64,000 nucleotides of DNA from Candidatus Eiseniibacteriota bacterium (lineage in GTDB: Bacteria; Eisenbacteria; RBG-16-71-46; JABDJR01), in assembly GCA_963762255.1 (NCBI GenBank), contig CAVXKA010000001.1, positions 1,472,001-1,536,000 of the forward strand, written 5' to 3'. Numbering within the stretch: the first letter of the stretch is position 1; each line of letters starts with the position of its first letter. Positions 29,104-42,747 of this stretch are shown piece after piece. A model generated the notes under the pieces. The model saw nothing but the letters and a program-made list of their open reading frames with translations. It made no database searches and was not told the DNA's origin. The translations under genes were made by a program, and so were the position numbers.

Positions 29104-30473
29104 CGGCCCCGCGCCTGCGCGCCGTTCTGCTCAACCTCGCGGTGGTCTTCGGGTCGGTCTTGCCCGGGAGCGTGCCGTGGACCGCCGCTCAGCCCGCAGA
29201 GGCTCTTCGCGGCGCCGCAGAGGACGTCCCAGCGGCGACGGCGTTTGCAGCCGAGGTCGTCGTCACCGAGGTCGGCTTCGACGCGCGCCTGCGCGTGCGG
29301 CTCTATCACGATCCCGCGTTCGTCAGCGTCCCCGGTTCCGCGGGAACCCTGTTCCTCGTGGCTGCCGACAGCTCCGCCGGGCGCGACGCGTTCTTCATCG
29401 CGTCCGATCTCGCGTTCGAGCTCGGTGATCGCCAGGAATACCGCGTCGAGTTCGAGCAGGCCTCGGATCTCCTCGGCCAGGCGCTGGGCGGCCGATTGCG
29501 GCCGGGTGAGGTGCAGCTCGGATTCGTGCTCGTGCCCTCGGCGGTCGACTTCGCCCGCTACTTCCCCGCGCATCCCGAGTCGGTGGTGGTGCGGTACGCG
29601 AACCACCGGTCTCGTTTTCACCGCGCGGACGCCGCCGAGTCGCTCACCTGGCGCGACGCACTCGCCCCCTCCATTCTCGCCGGCGGGCTGAACGCGTGGT
29701 GGGATTGGACGGTGGCGATGTCCGATGCGCCGGACATGAACGAGGGCGAGAAGCAGTTCTTTCAGGAGCGGCTCTTTCCCGCGCAGGGGCACCTGCTGGT
29801 GGAGGAGGGGATTAACGCCGAGGCGCTGCGCGACGCGATCCTGCGTGTGGGGGAGCGCCGGCTGCTCGAAGGGCCGGCCATCCAGCGCGTCGCGCCCCGC
29901 TATCCCGCCGCGGCGCGGCAGCTCGGAGTCGGAGGGCTCGTCATCGCGCTCTGCTACGTCGATGAAGCGGGCGAGGTGGCGGACGCCGTTCTGCTCGCTT
30001 CCAATACCGCCCACATGCTCAACCTCTCCGCGCTGAGTGCGGCGATGGAGTGGCGCTTCCCGCGCCGGCGCGACCAGAGCGGGGTGTTCAGCGACGGATG
30101 GAGGCTCCTCCCCTTCCAGTTCAAGCTCGCGGCGTCCGCGGCCGCCGATTCGACAGCGGCCGCGAGCGGGGACTACGTCCCGCCGCGCATCGTTCGATCG
30201 GTGGAGCCCGAGTACCCGGAAGCCGCGCGCAAGCGCCGCATCGAGGGGACGGTCATCTACCGGGCCACCATTGCCGCGGATGGGAAGCTGATCGAGGCAT
30301 TGCTGGAAGCGGGCGCGCACGAGTTGCTGAATCAGGCGGCATTGGAGGCGCTGGAGCGCATGCTCTTCATTCCCGCCAGCCGCAACGGCAGGGCGGTACA
30401 GGGGCAGATCAGCGTGCCGTTCACGTTCGGAGCGCCGAAGGAAGAGAAGAAGAAGAACTGGAAGACGGACTGA
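29100..30473 (+). CDS. Exported protein with two TonB-C domains
   Basis: PRYPAAAR...WRF and PEYPEAAR...FIPA...VPFTF; ATGA overlap with the previous gene. Confidence 0.8.
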   Translation: MTAPRLRAVLLNLAVVFGSVLPGSVPWTAAQPAEALRGAAEDVPAATAFAAEVVVTEVGFDARLRVRLYHDPAFVSVPGSAGTLFLVAADSSAGRDAFFIASDLAFELGDRQEYRVEFEQASDLLGQALGGRLRPGEVQLGFVLVPSAVDFARYFPAHPESVVVRYANHRSRFHRADAAESLTWRDALAPSILAGGLNAWWDWTVAMSDAPDMNEGEKQFFQERLFPAQGHLLVEEGINAEALRDAILRVGERRLLEGPAIQRVAPRYPAAARQLGVGGLVIALCYVDEAGEVADAVLLASNTAHMLNLSALSAAMEWRFPRRRDQSGVFSDGWRLLPFQFKLAASAAADSTAAASGDYVPPRIVRSVEPEYPEAARKRRIEGTVIYRATIAADGKLIEALLEAGAHELLNQAALEALERMLFIPASRNGRAVQGQISVPFTFGAPKEEKKKNWKTD

Positions 30474-30512
30474 CGGCCGCAGCGGGACCCGGCGGGCGCG
30501 CTCCCGCGACGC

Positions 30513-31649
30513 TCAGCTCAGCGGAACGCGGACCCACAGGGACCACTTGTCCACTCGCGGCAGCCCCCAGCCTTGAGGAATGGAAGCGTAGTCGAGCCCG
30601 CCCAGCCGGAAGAGCGACAAGCCCATTCCCTGGGTCCATGCCTCGATGCCGCCGCTCTCGTCGTGCACGTAGCCAACGCGCAAGGCGATGTAATCGAGGA
30701 GGCGCAGTTCTCCACCCACGCTCAGAATGATGTCGTGCCGTTCGAGATAGCTCAGCCGGTCCGCGACCGAGTCCGGGAGATCCGATGAGATCAGGCTCTT
30801 CTCGAACCCCATCGCGACGGATGCGCCGAACACGCTCGTGTCGCGGATGAGGGAGCTTGGACCGGCCCCTTGGAACCAACCACCCTCGGCCACGGGGAGC
30901 GCGGAGAGATCGAACCCGACCGCGGCCCGGAGGTTCCGGGGCAAAGGGTCGCCATCTCCCCAGCCGGTGGGGTTGATGTTCGAGCCGAGATTCTTGACCG
31001 TGACTCCGGCCAGGACGTTCGTCTTGACCTGACCCGGCTCGCCCACGCTCACCGGGAATCGTCCGAGCGCGCCGAGATCGAACGCAACGGACGATCCCTC
31101 AGCGTCTTCGAGTCCCAACTGGTTCTCGATCGTTTCGCTGACCCCGTTCAAATAGTCGACCTTTACGTTCTTGACGCCGAAACCGATCCCCACCCGCCGG
31201 CCGATCTGCAGGGCCGTGGCCACGCCGAAGACGTGTTCGTATGATGAGAAAGTCCCGAGTTGGGTCGAAGAACCGTCGGTGAGCTGAGACTCTCCGTAAT
31301 CCAACCGGGTGAAATTGAAGTCAAACGTCATCGGCAGGTGTTTCAGAAGCGCGACCTGCATCGACGCAGTGCCGTAGTAGTAACGGACTCCGCCGTCGCT
31401 CGGGCCCTCCCTGAGCCGGGAGTAGGTGGCCGCGCCCTGCACGCCGTCGGCGAAGGCCAGCCCCCCCACGTTGCCCCAGGCGGCCATGGGCCCTTGGTCC
31501 AGCACGTAGTAGGCCCGCCCCATACCCTCGCTGCGGGCGCCAGGTGGGATCTGAAGAGAAAAGGCCCCGGCCATTGATCCGGCTTCCGCGGCGGAACCGG
31601 TCCATAGGAGCGCCAGAGTCAACCCGAAACCAAGTCGAGATAAGCGCAT
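30513..31649 (-). CDS. PorV/PorQ-family outer-membrane beta-barrel
   Basis: [40 protein letters not shown] and LDYA motifs; signal peptide. Confidence 0.75.
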   Translation of the reverse strand: MRLSRLGFGLTLALLWTGSAAEAGSMAGAFSLQIPPGARSEGMGRAYYVLDQGPMAAWGNVGGLAFADGVQGAATYSRLREGPSDGGVRYYYGTASMQVALLKHLPMTFDFNFTRLDYGESQLTDGSSTQLGTFSSYEHVFGVATALQIGRRVGIGFGVKNVKVDYLNGVSETIENQLGLEDAEGSSVAFDLGALGRFPVSVGEPGQVKTNVLAGVTVKNLGSNINPTGWGDGDPLPRNLRAAVGFDLSALPVAEGGWFQGAGPSSLIRDTSVFGASVAMGFEKSLISSDLPDSVADRLSYLERHDIILSVGGELRLLDYIALRVGYVHDESGGIEAWTQGMGLSLFRLGGLDYASIPQGWGLPRVDKWSLWVRVPLS

Positions 31650-31758
31650 GTCCGTCACGGCAAGCCCCCCTCCACGCGAAGGTCCGATCACCGCCTCCAA
31701 CACCTGCCGCGCGCTCGCAGTTCCCGGGTACCCGCTCAGCCCAGTGCGGCCGCGGGGG

Positions 31759-33610
<1,852 letters not shown>

Positions 33611-33745
33611 GAGTGTGTACTCGGCAAGTATACACGGGAGAGGGCGTGGCCCGAGAACCTACGGGATCAGGTATAGTGACTCGGTGCATCGGCGCACGCT
33701 AACATCGATGCCGACCATCTGCCGACGAAAGGCGCAATAGCAGGT

Positions 33746-34741
33746 ATGAAGCTCGTCGTTTCTCTCGACGTCGAAGCAGATAACCAGTGGAACCACGGTG
33801 GCCCTCTAACGACACGAAACGTGCAGCACTGGGCCCCCTTTCAAGAGCTCTGCGATCGACACGGTGTCGTGCCGACCTATCTCGTGACGACCGAGATTGT
33901 CGAAGATGATCACGCGCGCAAGCAGCTGACCGACTGGCGCTCTCGGGGAGCGGCCGAGATCGGTGCCCACCTGCATCCGTGGTCGACGCCGCCGTACGCC
34001 GACGTGCCCGGATTGCGCTTCAACGACGAGCAACACGCGTACCCGTGTCAGCTGCCGGACGAGTTGATGGGCGCCAAGCTCGCCACCCTTACCGCGCAGA
34101 TTACCCAGGTTTTCTCCCACGCTCCCACTGCGTTCCGCGCAGGCCGGTTCGGTTTTGACGCCCGGCTGGCGCGGTGCTTGGCGGCGGAAGGGTTCGTCGT
34201 CGACTCATCGGTGACTCCCGGTGTTTCGTTGCGGGGCGTGGTCGGCATGGGTGGTGGTGGCCCGGATTTTTCCAGCTTCTCCATCGAGCCCTTCCGCATC
34301 GCCGGGACCGGCGAACCCGGTCTCCTGGAGATTCCCGTCACGATCGCACAGACCTACCGAGTCTTCGACCGGTTTCCCGGCCTATTGAAGCCCTACTCCT
34401 GGCTGCCCGTCAGGGCGGTGCGCAAAGTTCTGCTCAGCGCCTGGCTTCAGGCCCAACCGATGTGGCTGAACCCGCGTCCCAACTACAGGTCCAAGGATCT
34501 CGCTCTGGTCTGGCGCCGAGCCGAAGAGGCGGGTGCCGAGGTCGCGGTCATGATGTTTCACAGCAGCGAGCTCATGCCCGGCGGCAGTCCGTTCCGACCG
34601 ACGGTCGAATCCGTGCGCGACTTGTATACGTGCCTGGACGGGTTCTTCGCCTACGTCCGTGATCACGGCGGGAGCTTCTCCGGCATGACGGACGCGGCGC
34701 TGAGCCTTTCCCGGCAAGAACTCGCCGTGCGCCCGGTTTGA
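33746..34741 (+). CDS. Polysaccharide deacetylase family protein (WalW-like)
   Basis: SLDVEAD, EIGAHLHPW, FRAGRFG, VDSSV and MFHSSE motifs. Confidence 0.85.
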   Translation: MKLVVSLDVEADNQWNHGGPLTTRNVQHWAPFQELCDRHGVVPTYLVTTEIVEDDHARKQLTDWRSRGAAEIGAHLHPWSTPPYADVPGLRFNDEQHAYPCQLPDELMGAKLATLTAQITQVFSHAPTAFRAGRFGFDARLARCLAAEGFVVDSSVTPGVSLRGVVGMGGGGPDFSSFSIEPFRIAGTGEPGLLEIPVTIAQTYRVFDRFPGLLKPYSWLPVRAVRKVLLSAWLQAQPMWLNPRPNYRSKDLALVWRRAEEAGAEVAVMMFHSSELMPGGSPFRPTVESVRDLYTCLDGFFAYVRDHGGSFSGMTDAALSLSRQELAVRPV

Positions 34742-34808
34742 GAGCATTCATCCTTTCTCAGGGTCGTGGCCGGCGGCCCACACCTCGAGCCGGGGGACCG
34801 GACCGAAC

Positions 34809-35933
34809 ATGAAGTTGTGCATGGTTACCCTGAGCGGGCTGTCCATCCACTTCCGAGACCCGCGCCGACCCGCGGGGGGATCGGAGCGGCAGGTCTCCCT
34901 TCTGGCCCAGGCACTGGTCCGGCGGGGGCACCAGGTGACCGTGGTGGTCACGGACTACAGCGGCGCCGCCCTCACCACCCCTCGTTCCACGACCTTGCCT
35001 CTGGTCAACGCATACGACAACCACAGCGGCGTCCGCGGGTTTCGTTTCCTGATTCCGCGTTGGCGCGGACTTCACCGAGCCCTGGCGCGGGTCGACGCTG
35101 ATGTGTGTTTCCAGCGCGGTGCCGGTGCGGCCACCGGCCAGGTGGCTTGGTTCGCCCAACGTCGGCGCCGGGGGTTCGTGTTCGGCCTGGCCAGCGATAC
35201 CGATGCCGATCGAGCCCGGGTCCGTCTCGGGTTCCGAGACCGTCGTCTCTACCAGTACGGCCTCCGCCGGGCCCAGCGGGCGGTGGCCCAGCACGCCGAC
35301 CAAGTTGTCTCCCTGCGGGCCAGCTATGGGGTGGAGGCGACGGTGATCGGGAGCATCGCCCCCTACCTGCCGGAGCGGATTGAGCCACCCGATTCCCACC
35401 CCACCGTGGTGTGGCTGGGGGATCTTCGCTCCCTGAAGCGACCGGAGCTCTTCCTGGCCATGGCGCGGCGCTTTCCCGAGGCCCGGTTCGTGATGATGGG
35501 TGGGCCCGTCCTGAGCGATGCCGACTGCTATGCGCGAGTGGAGGCAGAGGCGCGCATGATTCCCAACGTGGAGTTCCTGGGTTTCACCGGCGATCCCGCT
35601 CCCCGGCTGGCGCGGGCCTGGGTGCTTCTGAACACTTCGATACTGGAGGGATACCCTTCCAGTTTTCTGGAGGCCTGGGGTCACGGGGTGCCCACCGTCT
35701 CCTTCGTGGACCCTGGGGGGACGGTGCGCAAGGAAGGTATCGGGCGGGTCGTGGAAGACCCTCAGCACCTTGCTCAGGTCCTCGGAGAGGTGCTGGAATC
35801 GGCTGCGCTCCGCAACGAACTGGGCGCGCGCGCGCGTCCCTACGTGGAACGGGAGCATACCGCGGATACGGTGGCCGCTCGCTATGAGGCGGTATTCGCC
35901 GAGGCCGCGGCAGCGGCCCGAAGGTCCGGATAG
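34809..35933 (+). CDS. Glycosyltransferase family 4
   Basis: GGSERQ, RGHQVTV, KRPELF and EGYPSSFLEAWGHGVP motifs. Confidence 0.9.
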   Translation: MKLCMVTLSGLSIHFRDPRRPAGGSERQVSLLAQALVRRGHQVTVVVTDYSGAALTTPRSTTLPLVNAYDNHSGVRGFRFLIPRWRGLHRALARVDADVCFQRGAGAATGQVAWFAQRRRRGFVFGLASDTDADRARVRLGFRDRRLYQYGLRRAQRAVAQHADQVVSLRASYGVEATVIGSIAPYLPERIEPPDSHPTVVWLGDLRSLKRPELFLAMARRFPEARFVMMGGPVLSDADCYARVEAEARMIPNVEFLGFTGDPAPRLARAWVLLNTSILEGYPSSFLEAWGHGVPTVSFVDPGGTVRKEGIGRVVEDPQHLAQVLGEVLESAALRNELGARARPYVEREHTADTVAARYEAVFAEAAAAARRSG

Positions 35934-35969
35934 ACCGCGTCGTCGTGGCCGCCGGGTGCTCGGCTTGCC

Positions 35970-37464
35970 CTACGGCGTGAGCAGCTCCGCTTCCGGCGCG
36001 CGCTTCAAGAGCGTGCGCACGCCGCGGGTGACGTGGCAGGCACGGAACCCCGACTTGTGCATCAGTTCTGCAAGGTAGGCGCTCTTGAACCCCACTTCGC
36101 AGTAGAGGGCGTAGCTCTGGTCGCGGCTGAACGCGGGGTACGCGGCGAGGGCCTTCATGTATTCGAGGTGCAGGGCGCCGGGATAGTGCCAGGCCTCGAA
36201 GGCCGCTCGCGAGCGAAGATCGAGCACCGTCGTTCCGTCCGGAATCGTCTCGATCTCGAGGTCGGACGGCGCCGTTGCCTCGAGTTCGATCGTACGCAGC
36301 TCGTGCACGATGCGCGCGGAGAAGACGCGATCCAGGAGCGAAGGGTCGAGCCGCGATTCCTCGGTCTCGACCACCGAATGCGACGCGTTGGTGGAGGGAT
36401 TCTTGGGAACGAGCGCGCAGTATTCGTCCACCTCCGCCGATCGGTCGTAGGTGCCGATCCGCCGCGCGATGGAGATGATCTCCTCCTTGTTCATGCCCAC
36501 CAGGGGGCGCAGCACGGCAAGGTCCGTCGCTCGGGACACCACCGCCATGTTCTGGAGCGTCTGCGAGGAGACCTGGCCGACGGAATCCCCGGTGATGAGG
36601 GCCTCGATCTCCAGCTCGCGCGCCAGACGCTCGCCGGCGCGCAGCATGAACCGCTTCAGGATCACCTGCCAGTACTTGGGCAGAACCTTGGCCTGGATCT
36701 CCTCCACCGCGGGTTGGAAGTCGATCTCGTAGAGGTGCGGTCGGTCGCCGTAGCTCCAATGATCGGCGATGATCTTCATCACCCGCAGCACGCCGCGTCG
36801 GTGCGCCGGCCCGCCGAGATTGCAGAAGAGATAGTCGAGCGACACGCCGCGCCGCAGGAGCATCCACGAGGCCACCGCGGAATCGAATCCGCCCGAGACC
36901 AGGGACAGCGCGCGTCCCTGCACGCCGACCGGGAGGCCGCCTTCCGCCGGGATCATCTCGGTGAAGAGGTACGCCTCCTCCGGGTACACCTCGAGGTACG
37001 CGGTCACCTCCGGGGTGCGCAGATCGACGCGGGCCGCATGCTCGAGGAGCGCGGTGCCGAGAGCGCGCTGCACGTCCGCGGAGCGAAACGGAATGAGCTG
37101 GGTCTTGCCCGCCCGCCGCGCGCGCACCGCGAACCGCTTCCCGCGCACCGCCTCGGCGAAGAACTTCTCTCCCTGATTGACGAGATCGGGCAGATCCCGC
37201 CACGTGTGTCGCGCGATCGGCGAAACCGATTGCAGCCCGAACACGTGCGGGAGGATATCGATGCGCGAGCGGAGACTGGGTCTCCACGATCATGCGGTGC
37301 CACTCGCGCTCCGTTTCGTATGGAGCGCCGGTGGTCCCCAACGCGTTCTTCACGTTCTGGGCGAGCCGCTTGGTGAACCGCTGCTTGGTCTTGGGAAACT
37401 TGATGGATACCTCCCCCGAATAACGGAGGAGGATCCATCGCGGCGCCGCCGGATCGGAATGCAA
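35970..37464 (-). CDS. thiI: tRNA 4-thiouridine synthase ThiI with C-terminal rhodanese; +1 frameshift near 37264
   Basis: LLRYSGEVSIK, THUMP region, LVSGGFDS PP-loop, GQVSSQTL, RPLVG, rhodanese CEVGFKS. Confidence 0.92.
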
Positions 37465-37466
37465 AG

Positions 37467-40400
37467 CTACGGCACCCGGGTGATCTTGACCGCGCCCGCG
37501 GTGCGGCCATCCACCACCACTCGGGTGAAGAAGATCCCCGCGCCGGCGTCGAGGCCGGTGTCGGTGCGGCCGTCCCAGCTCAGCCGGTGCTCGCCCGCAT
37601 TCAGGCGGCCGGAGTAGATCACGCGCACGCGACGTCCGGTCAGATCGAACACCTCGGCGCGCACCTCGTACTCGTCCTTGCCGCCGTCGGCGCGGCCCGC
37701 CAAAACCACCGGCACCTGCGCGGCACCGATCATCGGGTTCGGGAACGCGGCGAGAAGCCGCGTCACGCCCGCCGGCGTGTCACCGGGGACGCTCGTCGTG
37801 CTCTTGGCATCGGGAAGGCCGTCGTCATCCGCGTCGACGGTCACCATGCACCGATTGTCCACCGCGGGCAGCGTGGCGCTCTCATTGTTCGGGCAGACGT
37901 CGCCGCCGAGTGTGCCGGTCGGCTCGGGATCCCAGCACACGGAGGCCACCGCCGCGATCTTCGTTCCCGCCGGCACCTGGCCCGCTCCCAGCCCGTAGAG
38001 CACGTCCCACGGAATCGCCAGCTCGCTCCCGCCGTTGTTGCCGTTCAGGTGGTTGGGATCGAAGGCCATGATCGCCTGCGAGCTCAAGTCCACCGCGGTC
38101 GTCGGACTGGTGATCCGCCAGAGGCTCTGGCCGTCGTAGACGCTCTGGTGCTGATAGGCGCCCATCTGAATGTCGGGCTTGAAGCCGGGACCGCTGAAGC
38201 TCGCGCCTCGTTCCCAGCTCGAGATCGCGGTCAGGTCGGTCTGCCCGTTCGGCCCGCCGAAATCGGTGTCGAGATAGAGGAGCCAGGAATTCCCCTTCAC
38301 GCGACCCTGGATGCCGATGTAGAGGTAGTCGGCATCCCAGTCCATGTAGAGGACGTTGATCTCGTTGGTGTCACCGGGAGAAGAACTGTTCCAGGCCGAG
38401 TCCCACCAGTCCTCGCACTGCCAGCGCGCATTCCCCCAGTCGGCCGTCGAGAAGAGTCCGTCGATCTGGATCGCGGTCGGCGGCGTGTAGTTCACGGCCA
38501 CGTTGTCGTTTTGCGTGACCTGGACGTTCCCGTTGCTCGCCGCGTCGCGCACGGTGTTGGCCGCCAGGAGCAGTTCCAGCGAGCCCGTGCTGAGCGCCTC
38601 CAGCGCGGCCGCGGTCGTCGGCGTCAAGTCGAAGTCGAGCTTCGTGCTGGTACCGGTCGTGGTGAGCGTCTCCGAGTTGGTGAGCGTCACCTCGGCGATC
38701 GCCGTCGTTGTCGTCGTCGATGGCGATTCCGGTCTTCACCACCAGGGACGCCTGCACCGGCTCGTCGAAGTAAAGCGTGAGGTGGTTCGTGCCCGGGAAG
38801 TAGGTGCCGCTCAGGGCCAGCGGTCCAAGCTGGTCGGTGAGTGCGTCGCGCAGCGCCTTCAGCTCGGGGATGTGCCCCTGGCCGTCCAGCGCGCTCGAGA
38901 AGCCGCCGTAGACGAGCACCCGGAACTGACTGTCGCCGTAGAACTCGTCGCCCTCCAGGAGCGTGGCCGAGAACTGGGTGTTGTGATGTCCGCCCGCCGA
39001 TCCCACCACGACGCCTGCGGTCGCGTTCGTGTTGGGGTTCTTCTGACCGAAGTAGCCGCCGCCGTCGGGATCCCACACCCGGTTCAGCGTACCGTTCCAG
39101 GTCATGTCGCGCAGGTCGGGGCTGAACCCGTTCTTGACGTAGACACGCTGCCCGGGTGCCTTGTACGTGACGTCCAGGTAGGGCTGGCCCAGCGTCAAGG
39201 ACACCGTCTTCGTCACCGCGGGATGGGTGAGCCTGGCGGTGACGGTGTTGCCGGAGCCGGCCACCACGGAGAGCCCGTAGAGTTCGTGCTCCTTGTCGCT
39301 GCCGCCCACGCTCACGTCGGAGAGCGTGGCCACGTGGTTCGTCTCGTTGTAGTCGCCGTCGGTGTCCACCCAGTAAGCGTTGTCGTTGGAGACCACTGAG
39401 TAGTTGTAGTCGCTCCCCTTGGCGAAGAGCCACTGCAGCTTGCCGCCGATGGTATCGAAGACCGCCAGCAGGCGGTCGTTGTACATCACCAACTCTTCCA
39501 CCCCGTCGTCGTCGATGTCGCTCGTGTAGGCGCCGGTGGGGTTCACATAGAGCCCGCCCGCCCAGCGCGCGGCCTCGGTGTGCGGATTCGCGGAACGAAT
39601 GTGGTTCGAATAGTGGTTCTGCCACCCGGAGATCTCGCCGGCGTCGTGCCAACCGGTCTCGTGGAGGTTGGTGACCAGGATGTACCACGCCATCTCGCTC
39701 AGGTTGTTGGCCGGCGCGGTGAGGAGCTTGTTCAGCACGTTGTTCCACTGCTGGCCGTAGTTCCACTTGGGCGTGTGGCCGTCCAGGTTCGCGGCCCCGG
39801 TGTAGGCCGCCCAATCGCCGTACCAATAGTTGTTGCCGCCGCCATAGCCGTCCAGCCCGCCGAGGAGCCCGTAGGTGCCGCTCTGAAGCGTGATCGCCTG
39901 CGTGGTGAAGCCGGGATCCTGGAGCACGTCGGTCAGCTTCCACACACTCACGGTGCCGCTGTTGGCCGAGCACTGCTGGAGGATGTGGATGTAGTTGTTG
40001 AGCGCGTCCGGATTGCCGGCTCCCTGCGAGACTTCGGCCGCGATCTCCGCGTCGTTGCCGTAGAGGATGATCTCGTCCGAAGTGCTGGAGAGGATGCGGT
40101 TCCAGGCGTTGCCCCAGTTCCAGTTCACGTCGCCCACGAACGTGTTGTCGATGGGGAGGACCTTGATCCCGCCGTAGGTGTAGATGTGGTGGTCGTTGAA
40201 CGCGTTGTTGTTGTATCCGCAGTGAATGTAGTCGTCGAGGATGACCGCCCAGATGCCGTTGTCCGCGAAATCGTCGCCGATCCAGTCGATCACGTTCCCC
40301 GACGCGGTGACGCCGTTTCCGTCGTTGTCGGGGTTCTCGCACCACACGCGCTCCGGCACCCAGGCGACGCGCGGCGTGAAGCCGTAGCGGTAGGAGATCA

Positions 40401-41484
40401 TCGAGTTCTCGAGATCCACCGCCTTGCCGTTGATCTCGTCGCGCAGGAACGGCATCATGTGCTGCCCGTACGCGGAGGTGATCATCTCGATCCATCCGCC
40501 GGTGACGCCCGCCGAGAGCCAGTCGTTGAAGCTCTTGTCGTGCCACTCCGCCGCCGAGATCAGCGTCCCCGCCTGGTGCCAGTTGACCGGCAGGTTGTAG
40601 TAGTCGTGGGCGGCAAGAAGCTCGTCGGCGCCGTCGTCGGGGTTGTTGACATCGCCGTCGTTCACCGCATTCTCGCCGCGCTCACCGCGGAACACCGTGG
40701 TATAGGTGAGCCCCTGGTTCAGGTGCTGCACGAACGCGACGTTGTGGACGTTGCTCGTGGGGCTGTTGTCGGCGGTGATGCCGTCCAGCACGATGCCGCC
40801 CTCGGTGGTGAACACGTAGAAGTTGATGGGCGTGGACTCGTCTGCCGCCGCCCGGGGCGCGACCGCGTCGAACGCCGCCGCGGACTTTCCAGCGCCTTGC
40901 GCCACCGCTTCCTGGAACCCGCTCGGGAGCCAGCAACTCGCCTCGAGCATGTCCCACTCGCGGGTGGCGCGCACCGAGCGCACGCGTTCCGTCTCGCGGG
41001 CATCGCCAGCAGTGTCGAGCAAACGCGCGGTCGCCCCGGCCGAGGACTCGGTGAGTTCCACCGCGCGATCCCACGCGATGGGGGCTTCACCCGCGATGCC
41101 GTCGGGGAGCGACTTCGTCCCGCCGGACGCGTAGTCCATGAGCACGAACACCCGCACGCCGGCGTCGAGGACGCGCTCGGCGGTCTCCGCGCTCGGGGTC
41201 GGGTAGACGTTCACGCGCATCGAAAGCCGGTCCACTTCCTGATCGAAGTAGAAGCCCATGAGATCGCCACGCGCGGTCTGGCCGGTCGTGCCGTCGAAGA
41301 CGGGGTCCAATGCCTTGGCGTTGGCGCGCTGCCAGAGATGCGGGTTGCCCTCGATCTCGAGACCGGGGGCCGCGACGAGCGGCGCGATCCAGTCATGCGC
41401 GTCGAGTTCGCCGACGGAATGGCTCGCGAGCGGGAGCGCGGCGAGGACAAGGAGAAGAGGAAGCGTGCGACGGATCCAGTTCAT
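37467..41484 (-). CDS. Large secreted GH57-like glycoside hydrolase with CBM9/DOMON-like module and FlgD-Ig/T9SS-type tail; +1 frameshift near 38700
   Basis: QHLNQ, WIEMITSAY, AWVPERVW, ILDD and GNDAE align with GH57 conserved regions; tail AFPNP...VFDLTGRRV...WDGRTD...GIFF. Confidence 0.7.
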
Positions 41485-41736
41485 GGGGCTCCTCCCAGAG
41501 GATTGGACCGGTCCAAACCCCGTGGATGCTAAGCCTTGTTGCCTGTCGATTGGTGGCCGTCGGAAGGCGGCCGTACCGGGATCGTGGGTGCCAGAGGATG
41601 TCGTAAACCGAAGAAGATTCTACCAGATACGCGGTCGCGGACAAACCGGGCCGGGCAAGTCCAACCAGTCACAGCAGTTGTGCGGTCGCGGCCGCTGTGC
41701 AATGCTCCCCGTCACGCGCAATCCACGGAGGCATCC

Positions 41737-42477
41737 ATGACCCGACGCATTCCTCGCAAGGTCCACCACGTCCTGCCCCTACCGCGGCTCGACACGGAAT
41801 CGAACCCGCCCTTCGGTCGGGAAGTTGCGCAGGAAGTCGATTTCCTCATCCAGTTGATGGATCTCAAACCCGATGAGGCGATCCTGGACGTGGCATCGGG
41901 CGCGGGGCGACATGCTTTGGAGTTGGCTCGGCGCGGGTTTACCAACGTAACTGCGATGGATCCCTCCGATCAATTGCTGGGGATCGGGGCGAGGTGCGCG
42001 GCGTCGCTGGATCTCAAGGTGAAGTTCTTGAAGGGCGACGCGCAGAAGCCGGCGGGCAAGGACGCGTACGATGCTGCGTTGGTGCTAGGAGGTGGCGCAT
42101 TCGGGCTGATGGAGTCGGACAGGGAGAACGTGCAGGTTCTCGATGCCGTGTTCGACGCGCTGAAGCCGGGTGGGCGGATGGCGCTGAGCGCGATGAGCCT
42201 CTTGAACCTGCTGCGGCACCGAACGGAGCTGGCGAACTTCGATCCCGACACGAACTATCTGACCACGACCGAGCAGGTACCGGTGGAGGGAGACACCATC
42301 GAGGAATTCCCGCTCCACGAGCGCTATTACGTGGTGCCGGGGCTGCGCAACGACCTCCTGCGGATCGGGTTCCGCAACATCATGGCGTTCGGCGCGGACT
42401 CGGGGCGGTTCTCCAGCCGGTCGGTGAGCACCGACGACCCGGAGATCCTCATGTCGGCGGTCAAGCCGAAGGGGTGA
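41737..42477 (+). CDS. Class I SAM-dependent methyltransferase
   Basis: ILDVASGAGRHALELARRG and ALKPGG motifs; SD ggagg. Confidence 0.88.
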   Translation: MTRRIPRKVHHVLPLPRLDTESNPPFGREVAQEVDFLIQLMDLKPDEAILDVASGAGRHALELARRGFTNVTAMDPSDQLLGIGARCAASLDLKVKFLKGDAQKPAGKDAYDAALVLGGGAFGLMESDRENVQVLDAVFDALKPGGRMALSAMSLLNLLRHRTELANFDPDTNYLTTTEQVPVEGDTIEEFPLHERYYVVPGLRNDLLRIGFRNIMAFGADSGRFSSRSVSTDDPEILMSAVKPKG

Positions 42478-42747
42478 GGGCTGGGCCTCCGGATACTCGG
42501 GTGCCATACCCGGTTTCCTGCACACATCAGAGCGTCTCCACAGAGTACGGCCACCCCAGCTCATCGCTCAGGCGTGCTGGGGAGTTGCTGCGTTCGCCGG
42601 AAAGGAAGATCGAGGGTAGATCTCGCGCCTTCTGGATTGCGGTGGTTCATTACCACCACCGCGAGACTAGCTCAGTGGACAGCCGGGAGACACGAAACTC
42701 ATGATAATATTCCATCAGTGTCCGCAGGCCCAGTTGGGAGGCAATCC

